IMG/VR virus record: IMGVR_UViG_3300010430_000003
Coordinates: 124,001-188,000 of that record
Length of the DNA stretch: 64,000 nucleotides
Strand: one strand, 5' to 3'
Below are positions 54,753-63,811 of the stretch, one piece after another (position 1 is the first letter of the stretch; every line of letters begins with the position of its first letter). The notes under the pieces are model-generated. The model was given only the letters and a program-made list of their open reading frames with translations. It was not told where the DNA came from and did not search any database. The position numbers were made by a program, and so were the translations under genes.

Positions 54753-55573
54753 GACAATTTTACTGATCTGTTAAATGTTCTCCGTAATCCAAATATTAGT
54801 TCGTAATGGGTATAGTTGGCGTGGAAAAAACTACATTTCCAACTATGAACCGATATGTTCGTCGACAGTTTATCTGATTTAGCATGTATCATTATACAAT
54901 TACTAATCAATAAATTGATAAATTGATTATCATTAGGATCAATTACATATCCTCTAATTTTGGTCTTCAAATGATAATGGTACATGGTATTTAACGAAGC
55001 ATTGAATTCCAAAGCAGTTCAAATTCTTCAACAAGAAGATCAACAATTCGTGAAATTTCATCAGGAAGGGAAGCTCCCGGTGTGATTATCAAGTCTATAT
55101 CATAGACTTCAAAAGTACGCTCATATAAATCTTTCATCCCGCTCCTCTTTTAATTTCTCTTAAATCCAAAAGACACACCCACAAAAGAAAATTCTCTATA
55201 CAATATTCTCCAAAAACAATCAATTCTTCATGTTCGTAAGATTCTATCACAGATTGTTTGGGGTCTATTTCCCATATTTTGGGGTTATTAATATCAACAG
55301 TGAAGTTTTGATTATATTGAAGAACAAAACTAGCCTTCACCATTTTATTAACAAATGAATTCATTTATGTTCATTGGAGAATGATAAGTAGTAGTAGTTT
55401 ACATCTTCTATACATCCAGAAATAACATGTTTTGAATATTCAAGTATAGATGCCATACTTGAATATAGCGCTACGGAATAGTGCTTTCCTGGTATGGACG
55501 TCCATAAGAACCGACCATGTTGACGAACAAAGCCAGCTTTAATCAGATTATTTATTGTTGAATGTGAATTCAT
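54749..55573 (-). CDS. three MNIN-family ORFs (54749-~54960, 55134-55364, 55361-55573)
   Basis: FINLLISNC, VNKMVKASFV, INNLIKAGFV. Confidence 0.55.
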
Positions 55574-55656
55574 AGCGGGAGAGGGATTCGAACCCTCGAA
55601 GCCTTAACGGCAAAAGGTTATGAGCCTTTTCACTTTAACCACTTGTATATCCCGCA
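55573..55656 (-). tRNA. tRNA with CAU anticodon and long variable arm
   Basis: TGCGGGA/TCCCGCT (1:72 mismatch), AAAGG-CTCATAA-CCTTT, variable stem GCC-GTTAA-GGC, GAGGGTTCGAATCCCTC. Confidence 0.8.
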
Positions 55657-55661
55657 GCAAA

Positions 55662-55829
55662 TTTATGATTAAATGCTCCGATTCTTCAACCACCACTTAT
55701 GCCAATCTCCATCCTTGCGGGGAGGAGCAACCTTTAAGGTTGAGACAATCAGCTTAAGTCTTCTAACGGTACCTATCCCCAAGGTTCAGGCCGATCACTC
55801 GATCTGCACGCACCTCACTTAATCATAAA
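55662..55829. ncRNA. 6S RNA-like element
   Basis: ~170 nt closed by TTTATGATTAAATG/CACTTAATCATAAA; + strand has TGCTC..CTTCAACCACCAC, GGTACCTATC..GGTTCAGG and CTGCACGCAC in 6S-like order. Confidence 0.45.
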
Positions 55830-56018
55830 AGCAAATCCTACCCCGAAGTCTCTCACCAATTAATAATCAACCGCACGAAAATTATTAATGACTTCGATCT
55901 CTCAACCTATGGAGTATCATAGGTCACCAGCTTTGTATCATTCAAGAGCGAAAGGACAACGACATGAATGAATGAATTTTGTCTGATTGTTTGAACACCC
56001 GCAGCACAAGTTATTAAC

Positions 56019-56046
56019 ATTATAGTATATGTTGCAATTTTCTCAA
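56019..56046 (-). promoter_or_regulatory. sigma70-like promoter upstream of the RNA cluster
   Basis: TTGAGA-N16-TATAAT. Confidence 0.6.
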
Positions 56047-56053
56047 GAGAAAT

Positions 56054-56585
56054 TTATTCATCAATCCAACCTGCTTGTGAAGCACACCATGTCTTGACCA
56101 TTTCTCTTTCTCGATAACCTAATCTATCCCAAATAGCATCAAGTTCATCAAGCAACTTTTCTACTTTAGGACGATGCGTAGCTGATAGCGGTTTCTCTTT
56201 GCACAACTCTTGTGCCTGTAAGAAACGCTCTTTGTAAATCTCAATTGTTTCCATGGATTCCCTCCGCTATGAAATCATATAAACTTTAGTCAGAAAATTA
56301 AGCTAAATATAAAAAGTAGTATGCGATATTGGCACAATGGTATATCGCAAGAATCCCATACAAGAAATTCAAAAAGAAAAGTGTTTTCTTAGCATCACGG
56401 AAATGTTTCCACAAGATTCCGCACAGGATTGCCATTACAATTAACTTGAATGGTAAAAAGATACCAATATCGTATGCGAATTTCATTAAGGGGTTTAATT
56501 CCATACCAGAACCGAACTTAGTCAGGATCCAGTACGTAACAAATGCATCGAAAGCGTTAAGAATATATAACAGAATTATGGACAT
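56054..56585 (-). CDS. hypothetical protein (56054-56254) and small membrane protein (56298-56585, DUF5658-like)
   Basis: LN.FD...T......G..ELNPLM motif with three hydrophobic helices. Confidence 0.6.
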
Positions 56586-56691
56586 TTAAAAAAAACCTTG
56601 AAATTTTGGAGTTTTTACCCCTTAATAATCCCCCGGAGGGAGAGTCACTGTGAACTGTGATTCAATAATAGTTAGTATAAAGGAAATAGTA

Positions 56692-57057
56692 ATGATTAAA
56701 AAGAAATTCTATAGACAGAACAAATATAAGTACTATAATAACAGTTACATTAAACACTTAGAAGAACAGAATATTCTTACTAATGATTTAAAGAACTTAA
56801 TAAGAAAACTTACTTTAGAAGACTTAATAGTGATTAAATTAGAATTAAGTAATGAAATACTGAAAGGTAGGAATTACAGTTTACCATTATGGTCTTCCAT
56901 GACATCAATTGTACAGGAATCTCTATTGAGATATAGTTTATCTTTTGCAGCATATTCTAGAGAGGTATATTCCTTCCTTGGAATGTCCAAAAATAGATAC
57001 TGGGATATGATGAGAAAATATAACCTGTTCCGTCAGGATGATGAATCAGGTATTTGA
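56692..57057 (+). CDS. hypothetical protein, possible C-terminal HTH
   Basis: LTLEDLIVIKLELS...LPLW...LLRYSL...FLGMS. Confidence 0.55.
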   Translation: MIKKKFYRQNKYKYYNNSYIKHLEEQNILTNDLKNLIRKLTLEDLIVIKLELSNEILKGRNYSLPLWSSMTSIVQESLLRYSLSFAAYSREVYSFLGMSKNRYWDMMRKYNLFRQDDESGI

Positions 57058-57828
57058 AAGAAAACTTTGAAGATCTCTGAGGGAAGTACCCATGCAGAAT
57101 TCTTGAAATAGTCCTAATCTCCCAGAATTCAATGCGACAACAGAGTGAATTACTCCAACAACTTGGTATGTATTGTTTCGTTTTACAAAAACAGGAGAAC
57201 CAGATGAACCGGGAGCAATTCTAGCAGAATATAAATATCCAACCGTGTTTCCTAGTCTTCCAATCTTTACACGACCGTTAAACAAACCTCTGATGATTGG
57301 AACCGTTTCGAAGTGATCGTCAAATTGTTCCCAACCAACCGGAGTGCCAATTATCCAGATTTCTTCACTGACAGCAGGCTCATTCTTTGATACCTGTGCA
57401 ACAGTAAGATAAATATCTTCAATAATAAAAGAGGCGAGATCTGTTCGAGGATCTTTCTTTAAAACCTTAACTTTAAAAGTTTCATTAGTTGGAAGCTTGA
57501 CTTTATAGATTAATTTAGTATCTTTACTAAACATGAGTTCCATGGCAACCATTGGATTTGTATCAACACAGTGAAAATTTGTTACCCCGATGGTTCCTTT
57601 TCTTGAATGCTTTGCACTAAAAGCAGAACATGAAGAAACGACTTTAGACTCTGTGGGGGAGACTAAGTGAGTTTCAAATTTTAAGAAAGTTTCTGTTGGG
57701 ATTGTGGATTTGTGCAGTCTTGGTCCTTCAAATTCTTTTGGCTTAACATTGAAGTTAATTCTCGTGCAAGAACATGAAGAAAAAATTAGAATAAAGAGTA
57801 GAAGAGCAAACTTAAGTTTTGTAATCAC
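57046..57828 (-). CDS. trypsin-like serine protease with lipoprotein-like signal
   Basis: TNFHCV, TDLA, PGSSGSPVF catalytic motifs; hydrophobic N-terminus ending in SSC. Confidence 0.88.
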   Translation of the reverse strand: MITKLKFALLLFILIFSSCSCTRINFNVKPKEFEGPRLHKSTIPTETFLKFETHLVSPTESKVVSSCSAFSAKHSRKGTIGVTNFHCVDTNPMVAMELMFSKDTKLIYKVKLPTNETFKVKVLKKDPRTDLASFIIEDIYLTVAQVSKNEPAVSEEIWIIGTPVGWEQFDDHFETVPIIRGLFNGRVKIGRLGNTVGYLYSARIAPGSSGSPVFVKRNNTYQVVGVIHSVVALNSGRLGLFQEFCMGTSLRDLQSFLSNT

Positions 57829-57992
57829 ATATTAGCCTCATAAATACTGGTTCATATTAAGTATGGCAAAAAAAAGTGCTTAAGAAAATTTAAAATTAAA
57901 AATGTGACATTTTGTGAAAAACGTAAGATACTTAATTTGAATGCTATATCTATTCACACCATCACTACATTCCTTTTTGAGAGGTCCATTAC

Positions 57993-59258
57993 TTGAATAA
58001 TTCTAATCGAGTAGTTTTAGACACTAGTGCAATTTTATTTGATCCCGAAATCCTATTTACAGACGAATATGAAACAATTTTTATGCCATATGAAGTCATT
58101 CAAGAGCTTGATAGAATCAAGTCGAAGAGTGATTTTTTGGGAGCTAAAGCTAGGAAAGCAATTAGAATTCTTTATAACAATTTAAACGACAAGGTTGAGT
58201 TTTTAGACCCAATATCGTTATCATTAAACGATGACTCGATTATTGAGGCTGCTCGTCAAACAGATTCTTTGTTGTTGACAAATGATTTCAACATTGTGCT
58301 GAAATGCCGAGGTCTTGGAGTTAAAGCAGAAATTTTAGATTCTGAAATGACAAACGAGTTCTCTGCTTCTGGAGATTTATTCACAGGACTCCAAGACGTC
58401 ATGGTGGATGATGATGTTATTGATGATCTTTATGCCGAAGAATCTGACTATATTGATAATATTGAATTTCAAGATCATGAAATCCACATGAATCAGTTTG
58501 TTCGATTAACTTCATTGACAAATCCCAAGAAGAAGATTTTCATGATGAAAAAGGGTGAATATCTTTTCAAGATTATTGATCTGAGCAAATCAATACAGGT
58601 TTGGGGTTTAGAGGCAAGAAATATTGAACAAAGGTTAGCTCTCGAATTGCTTATGGATCCAGATATTCAGTTAGTTTCGCTTATTGGTCTTGCTGGGTCT
58701 GGGAAAAGTTTGATGGCAACTGCAGCAGGTTTGCAACAAATCTTCACAAGAAAATTGTCAAACGGTGAAAAGGCAAAGAGATTTAAGAAAATGGTTATAT
58801 CTCGTCCCATTCAAGTTATGGGTAAAGATATTGGTTATTTGCCCGGTTCTATGGAGGAAAAACTTGCACCATGGATTGCACCAATTATGGATTGTTTAGA
58901 TTTTTTGGAAAACAGCAATAGTGTGAAGATTGGAAAGTGGTTTGAAGACGGTAAAATTCAAATTGAAGCCCCAACCTACATCAGAGGTAGATCAATCCCG
59001 GATTCCTTTATTATCATTGATGAATGTCAGAACTTGTCCATGCACGAGATCAAAACGATCCTGACACGAGCAGGCGAGAATTCCAAAATCGTTCTAACTG
59101 GTGACGTTGAACAAATTGATAATTCTAAGTTGAATAAATTCACAAATGGACTAACATATGCTATAGAACGATTGAAGGGGTATAATATCTCTGGTCACTT
59201 AACATTGCAAAAATCAGAGCGGTCAAAGCTTGCTGAAATTTGTGCAAAAGAATTGTAG
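57993..59258 (+). CDS. phoH: PIN domain plus PhoH-family ATPase
   Basis: VVLDTS, ELD..K, NDD.I, LLTND (PIN); G.AGSGKS, DIGYLPG, YIRGRS, IIDECQN, LTGD.EQID. Confidence 0.93.
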   Translation: MNNSNRVVLDTSAILFDPEILFTDEYETIFMPYEVIQELDRIKSKSDFLGAKARKAIRILYNNLNDKVEFLDPISLSLNDDSIIEAARQTDSLLLTNDFNIVLKCRGLGVKAEILDSEMTNEFSASGDLFTGLQDVMVDDDVIDDLYAEESDYIDNIEFQDHEIHMNQFVRLTSLTNPKKKIFMMKKGEYLFKIIDLSKSIQVWGLEARNIEQRLALELLMDPDIQLVSLIGLAGSGKSLMATAAGLQQIFTRKLSNGEKAKRFKKMVISRPIQVMGKDIGYLPGSMEEKLAPWIAPIMDCLDFLENSNSVKIGKWFEDGKIQIEAPTYIRGRSIPDSFIIIDECQNLSMHEIKTILTRAGENSKIVLTGDVEQIDNSKLNKFTNGLTYAIERLKGYNISGHLTLQKSERSKLAEICAKEL

Positions 59259-59264
59259 GCAAAG

Positions 59265-59891
59265 TTGATGAATTTTAAGACATACAAAGGTTGGTTTATT
59301 TCACAGACAGTGCCATTCACAAACAATGAAATAGACTTATATGATGTCTTGGATAAAGTGAATGCCTCAATCCCTCGCCAATTCATTCTTGACATCGATG
59401 GAGTTTATGTTGTCAAAACAAAAGAAATGGAGAGACGAAATATAAATGCTATTTTTGCCGACGGCATGATTTACGTATCACCAGAGCAAAGTAGCAATCA
59501 GGATTTATTGGATGATATCATTCATGAAATTGCTCACTCAATTGAGTCAAAGTATAAAGCTGATATTTATTATGATAATTGCATTGAAGATGAATTCATA
59601 ACCAAGAGAACAATGTTGTCAAGATTGCTAACTAATCTTGGTTATGAAATTCCTGTTGAATTTACACACAATATTGACTATAATGAAGAATTAGATTATT
59701 TTCTTCACAATGAGGTTGGATATAATATTTTAGAAAAAGTAGTTAATGGCATATTTATAAATGCATATTCAGTGACATCGGTACAGGAATATTGGGCGGT
59801 AGCTTTTGAAAAATATTACCTCGGAGATTACCGGGAGGTTAAGAGACTTTCTCCAAGAACCTTCGAAAAAATTGAGTCACTAATTTATTAG
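59265..59891 (+). CDS. HExxH zinc-metallopeptidase-like protein
   Basis: IIHEIAHS and downstream EYWAVAFEKY. Confidence 0.65.
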   Translation: MMNFKTYKGWFISQTVPFTNNEIDLYDVLDKVNASIPRQFILDIDGVYVVKTKEMERRNINAIFADGMIYVSPEQSSNQDLLDDIIHEIAHSIESKYKADIYYDNCIEDEFITKRTMLSRLLTNLGYEIPVEFTHNIDYNEELDYFLHNEVGYNILEKVVNGIFINAYSVTSVQEYWAVAFEKYYLGDYREVKRLSPRTFEKIESLIY

Positions 59892-59901
59892 CGGGATAAA
59901 A

Positions 59902-60171
59902 ATGAAAATTGATAAAAATGCAAAAGGAAGTATCTTAACAGTTAAGATAACTTTGGCAAAAAATCCGAAAGGTACCCCTCCCCGAAAAATTACTACTTCT
60001 AATGTTATCAACCTCCCGCAGTTGGGAAGATATAATATATTATCAGTAATAACACAAGATGTTATTGTTTCATCTGAAGAATCAGAGGTGATTGGTGAGT
60101 GGACCTTCGAACTCAAAAGACAACCCAAACCGAAAAAAGTATCAAGAAAAGTGGCTAAGAAAGTGGAGTGA
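59902..60171 (+). CDS. small basic hypothetical protein
   Basis: 89-aa ORF in the operon. Confidence 0.55.
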   Translation: MKIDKNAKGSILTVKITLAKNPKGTPPRKITTSNVINLPQLGRYNILSVITQDVIVSSEESEVIGEWTFELKRQPKPKKVSRKVAKKVE

Positions 60172-60982
60172 TTATCTCTATTCCATTGATAGAAAACTAA
60201 CTAAAAGAATATCTTATTCACAACTCTATAATTGGTGTAAGTGTCCGCATTTACATTGGTTAATTTCCGTATCAAAGCAGATACCGTATAGTAGCAATAC
60301 TTATACGGTTTTCGGCTATGCCATTCATGAATCCCTAGAGTACCAGCTTCTCCAAAAAGCGGTAAGGGGTAATATTGACTTCTCAAGTACAAAACAATAC
60401 TACATAAAAGCTCTTAGAAAAGAGGTTGATAGGAACATCGACAATGTTGACCTTTCAATTTTGCAAGAATTAAACAAAAAGATCAACATTATTCACAATA
60501 ATGTAGAAAAGTTCTTGAAAGATAAATACGGTGATTATACAATCATATCGATTGAGGACAAGATTGAAAGAGATGTTGTCTATGAATCTGACAAGTGGGA
60601 GTATAAGTTCATTGGATATATTGATTTGGTTTTGCGGGACGATGAAGGGAAATATCATTTAATTGATTTCAAGACATCCAAGAGTGGATGGACAAAATGG
60701 GACCGCCGAGATAAATCAAAGTATTATCAACTTATTTTGTATAAATATTTTTGGTTGATGGATAAGAACATTCCAATCAAGGATGTTAAGGTTTCTTATG
60801 TCTTTCTGAAGAGAAACGGAAAAGTATCATCATTCGATCCAACTTCTGGCAAGAAAAGAATGCAAAATTCCTTCGAGCTTTTGAAGAAGATGATCTGGAA
60901 TGCTTATGAACGAGAATTTTACATTAAGAAAAAAGGCGAATGTAAATTTTGTGACTGTAAAGAATTTTATGGAAAAGTATGA
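60092..60982 (+). CDS. PD-(D/E)xK exonuclease (RecB/Cas4-like); start uncertain
   Basis: ISYSQ...W.KCP, G.AIHE.LE, GYIDLV, IDFKT, QL.LY, C.FC.C. Confidence 0.88.
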   Translation: MVSGPSNSKDNPNRKKYQEKWLRKWSDYLYSIDRKLTKRISYSQLYNWCKCPHLHWLISVSKQIPYSSNTYTVFGYAIHESLEYQLLQKAVRGNIDFSSTKQYYIKALRKEVDRNIDNVDLSILQELNKKINIIHNNVEKFLKDKYGDYTIISIEDKIERDVVYESDKWEYKFIGYIDLVLRDDEGKYHLIDFKTSKSGWTKWDRRDKSKYYQLILYKYFWLMDKNIPIKDVKVSYVFLKRNGKVSSFDPTSGKKRMQNSFELLKKMIWNAYEREFYIKKKGECKFCDCKEFYGKV

Positions 60983-62277
60983 AAAAAATAACTAAGAAGA
61001 AACAGAACAAGACTGACAAGAAGATTAAAATTCTTACTTTAGGTGATTCACCCCTCTTGCCATCTGGTGTGGGAATCCAATCGAAATATATTTTTCAAGC
61101 ACTCTTGGAATCTGGAAAATATCAAATTTATTCTTTGGCTGGCGCTAGAGAACATAAGGATTACAATCCCGTTAAAACGGAGGAGTTTGGTGACGACTGG
61201 ATTATCCATCCTGTTAAGGAATATGGAAACGCCGCTATCATGAGAGGGCTCTTAGCAGGATTCAAACCTGATGTAATCTGGTTCATGACAGATCCTCGTT
61301 TTTATGAATGGCTTTGGGATATTGAAGATGAAATTCGTGCAAATGTTCCTATGGTTTATTATCATGTTTGGGATAACTTTCCAGTCCCAGTGTTCAATAA
61401 AGGATATTATGAATCTACTGATGTCATTCACAGTATTTCAAAAGTGACGAGAGATGTCGTCAATGAAATAATGGGTGAAGAATATGATCACAAACATGTC
61501 CCGCATTGCATCGACCAAGAGGTCTTCAGGAAATATCCCGCAGCAGATGTGGAAAAATTTCAGGAAGAGTTTATTACATCAAAATTAGGAGACCCTGATC
61601 GATTGGTTTATTTTTGGAACAACCGAAATGGTCGAAGAAAACAACCAGGTTCATTAATTTTCTGGTTTAAAGAATACCTTGACAAAGTGGGACATGATAA
61701 AGCAACGTTGATTATGCACACTGAACCAAAAGATCAGTATGGGCAGGATTTATATAAGATTGTTGATCACCTTGGTTTGTCAAATGGGCAGGTTGTATTT
61801 TCAACTAACAAATATGAATCAAGAGTTCTTGCGTTAATTTATAACGCTGTTGATTGTACAATTAATATTTCTGACGCTGAGGGATTTGGTCTTTCTGTTT
61901 CTGAAAGCTTGAATTGTGGAACGCCTGTCATTGTAAATCTTACTGGTGGAATGACTGAACAAGTTTTTGATGGCGAAGAGTATTGTGGAATTGGAATCGA
62001 ACCATCTTCGAAGGCAGTAATCGGAAGTCAAATTTGCCCTTGGATTTATGAAGACCGAATTTCAAAAGAAGATTTTGTTGATGCATTATTGAAATTCCAT
62101 AATATGAGTCCTGAAGAAAGACAAGAACTTGGTGAACGTGGAATTCGTCATATGGATAAGAATTTCAATTTCAAAGAGTTTAAGAAATTTTGGCCTAAAG
62201 AAATGCAAAGAATTCATAATAAATATGGTTCGTGGCCGAATAAGAAATATAAGTCATGGGAGCTTAGAGAAGTATGA
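60979..62277 (+). CDS. glycosyltransferase family 4 (GT-B)
   Basis: NRN.RRKQ, YNAVD, EGFGLS..E...CGTPVI...TGG..EQ. Confidence 0.9.
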   Translation: MKKITKKKQNKTDKKIKILTLGDSPLLPSGVGIQSKYIFQALLESGKYQIYSLAGAREHKDYNPVKTEEFGDDWIIHPVKEYGNAAIMRGLLAGFKPDVIWFMTDPRFYEWLWDIEDEIRANVPMVYYHVWDNFPVPVFNKGYYESTDVIHSISKVTRDVVNEIMGEEYDHKHVPHCIDQEVFRKYPAADVEKFQEEFITSKLGDPDRLVYFWNNRNGRRKQPGSLIFWFKEYLDKVGHDKATLIMHTEPKDQYGQDLYKIVDHLGLSNGQVVFSTNKYESRVLALIYNAVDCTINISDAEGFGLSVSESLNCGTPVIVNLTGGMTEQVFDGEEYCGIGIEPSSKAVIGSQICPWIYEDRISKEDFVDALLKFHNMSPEERQELGERGIRHMDKNFNFKEFKKFWPKEMQRIHNKYGSWPNKKYKSWELREV

Positions 62278-63506
62278 AGAAACGAGTTCTAATAAGAGGG
62301 CCTCTGCTCTCTCAATCAGGTTATGGAGAGCAGGCAAGATATTTATATGATGCTTTAAAAGAATTTGATGATGTTGATTTGTTTGTTGAGAATACCAACT
62401 GGGGTTCGACTTCTTGGATTTCCGATCAGCAGATTGAAGCATATATCAAGAAAACACAACATTATACAAACACCGGTGGCACATTTGATTTATTTGTGCA
62501 AGTTTCTATTCCAAATGAGATTGTAAAAAAGGCACCAATTAATATTCTATATACTGCCGGAATCGAAACTACAAAGATTGCTCCTGAGTGGCTTGAGAAA
62601 GTTAATGAAATTGACAAAGTTATTGTCGTGTCTGAGCATGCCAAATGGGGTTTTGATAACACAGAATATAAGATGCTTGAAAAAGAAAGCAATCGAGAGC
62701 TTGGAATGCTTCAATGCAATGTCCCTGTTGAAGTTCAAAACTATCCATGGCCCGGTCCAATTAAGTCAAAAAAGGTTGATTTGAAACTTGATTATGATTT
62801 CAATTTTCTATGTGTTGGGCAATGGAGTCCGAGAAAGAATCTTGGTGCGCTCATTTCATGGTTTATGGATGAGTTCAATGATGAAGAGGTTGGTCTTGTT
62901 TTAAAGACAAGCACACGGAAGCAATGTATTCTTGATAGAAATTATACCGAAAAGAAACTTCATAACTTGATTAAGAAGCATACAAACGATGAAACAAAAT
63001 GTAAGGTTTATCTTCTTCATGGAAATATGACTCGTGCAGAAATGTATGGTTTATATAAACATAAAAAGATCAAAGCTCTTGTTTCAACTGCTCATGGTGA
63101 AGGTGCCGGATTGCCAATTTTCGAAGCAGCGCAAGCACAACTCCCAGTTATCGCCCCTGCATGGTCTGGTTATCTTGACTTCATGACTCATGAAGAGGAG
63201 GTTTTCTTTAAAGAGGTTGAATACGAGGTGAATTATGTGCAGCCTGAAGCCGTCTGGAAGGGCATCATTTTGCAAGATGCCATGTGGTGCTACCCTGATG
63301 AAGAGTCAACCAAGAAAGCCATGAGAGAGCTTTACAGTGACTCTAGTGAAGCTGAGGGAAAGGCAAAAGAATTAAAGAAAATTCTTCGAACAAAATTTGC
63401 CAAGAAGAAAATGTATCAGGAATTCTATGATAAGACTGTTGGGATTCTTGAAGTTTCTAATGATGAGATTGAAGAGTGGTTGAATGATATTCAACTCTAT
63501 GATTAA
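62274..63506 (+). CDS. glycosyltransferase family 4 (GT-B)
   Basis: SGYG..AR, RKN, HGEG.GLPIFEA....LPVIAP.WSG.LDF. Confidence 0.9.
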   Translation: MKKRVLIRGPLLSQSGYGEQARYLYDALKEFDDVDLFVENTNWGSTSWISDQQIEAYIKKTQHYTNTGGTFDLFVQVSIPNEIVKKAPINILYTAGIETTKIAPEWLEKVNEIDKVIVVSEHAKWGFDNTEYKMLEKESNRELGMLQCNVPVEVQNYPWPGPIKSKKVDLKLDYDFNFLCVGQWSPRKNLGALISWFMDEFNDEEVGLVLKTSTRKQCILDRNYTEKKLHNLIKKHTNDETKCKVYLLHGNMTRAEMYGLYKHKKIKALVSTAHGEGAGLPIFEAAQAQLPVIAPAWSGYLDFMTHEEEVFFKEVEYEVNYVQPEAVWKGIILQDAMWCYPDEESTKKAMRELYSDSSEAEGKAKELKKILRTKFAKKKMYQEFYDKTVGILEVSNDEIEEWLNDIQLYD

Positions 63507-63517
63507 GGAGATTTATA

Positions 63518-63811
63518 ATGAGTGACGGAGATTGCATACACACATCCTCTTATGGTTATTGCCAACATAAAGATTGTACACATTATGGAATTCAGTGGTC
63601 AACAGGAACAACTTCAAACAATTGGCCTTTGACAATGGATAGTTCATATCTATATCCGTTTTATAATCCATATTATACGACCTTTAACTATAATGGAGTT
63701 CCAAATGAAATTGCAGATATGATTCAAAGAGTGGGAACAGAAAAAGTTAAACACTTTCTTGAGAAAGAACTTGAGAAGATTCAAAAAGAAATAGAGGAAG
63801 AAGATGAGTGA
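63518..63811 (+). CDS. hypothetical protein
   Basis: AAGGAG RBS, 97 aa. Confidence 0.6.
   Translation: MSDGDCIHTSSYGYCQHKDCTHYGIQWSTGTTSNNWPLTMDSSYLYPFYNPYYTTFNYNGVPNEIADMIQRVGTEKVKHFLEKELEKIQKEIEEEDE

Noticed and set aside
56740-56860. Iteron-like TTAGAAGA repeats as a replication origin
   Set aside because: Short, degenerate and explainable by Leu-Glu codons in an AT-rich ORF.
60092-60982. Cas4 as part of a CRISPR-Cas system
   Set aside because: Stand-alone PD-(D/E)xK nucleases are common in phages; no array or other cas genes are present.
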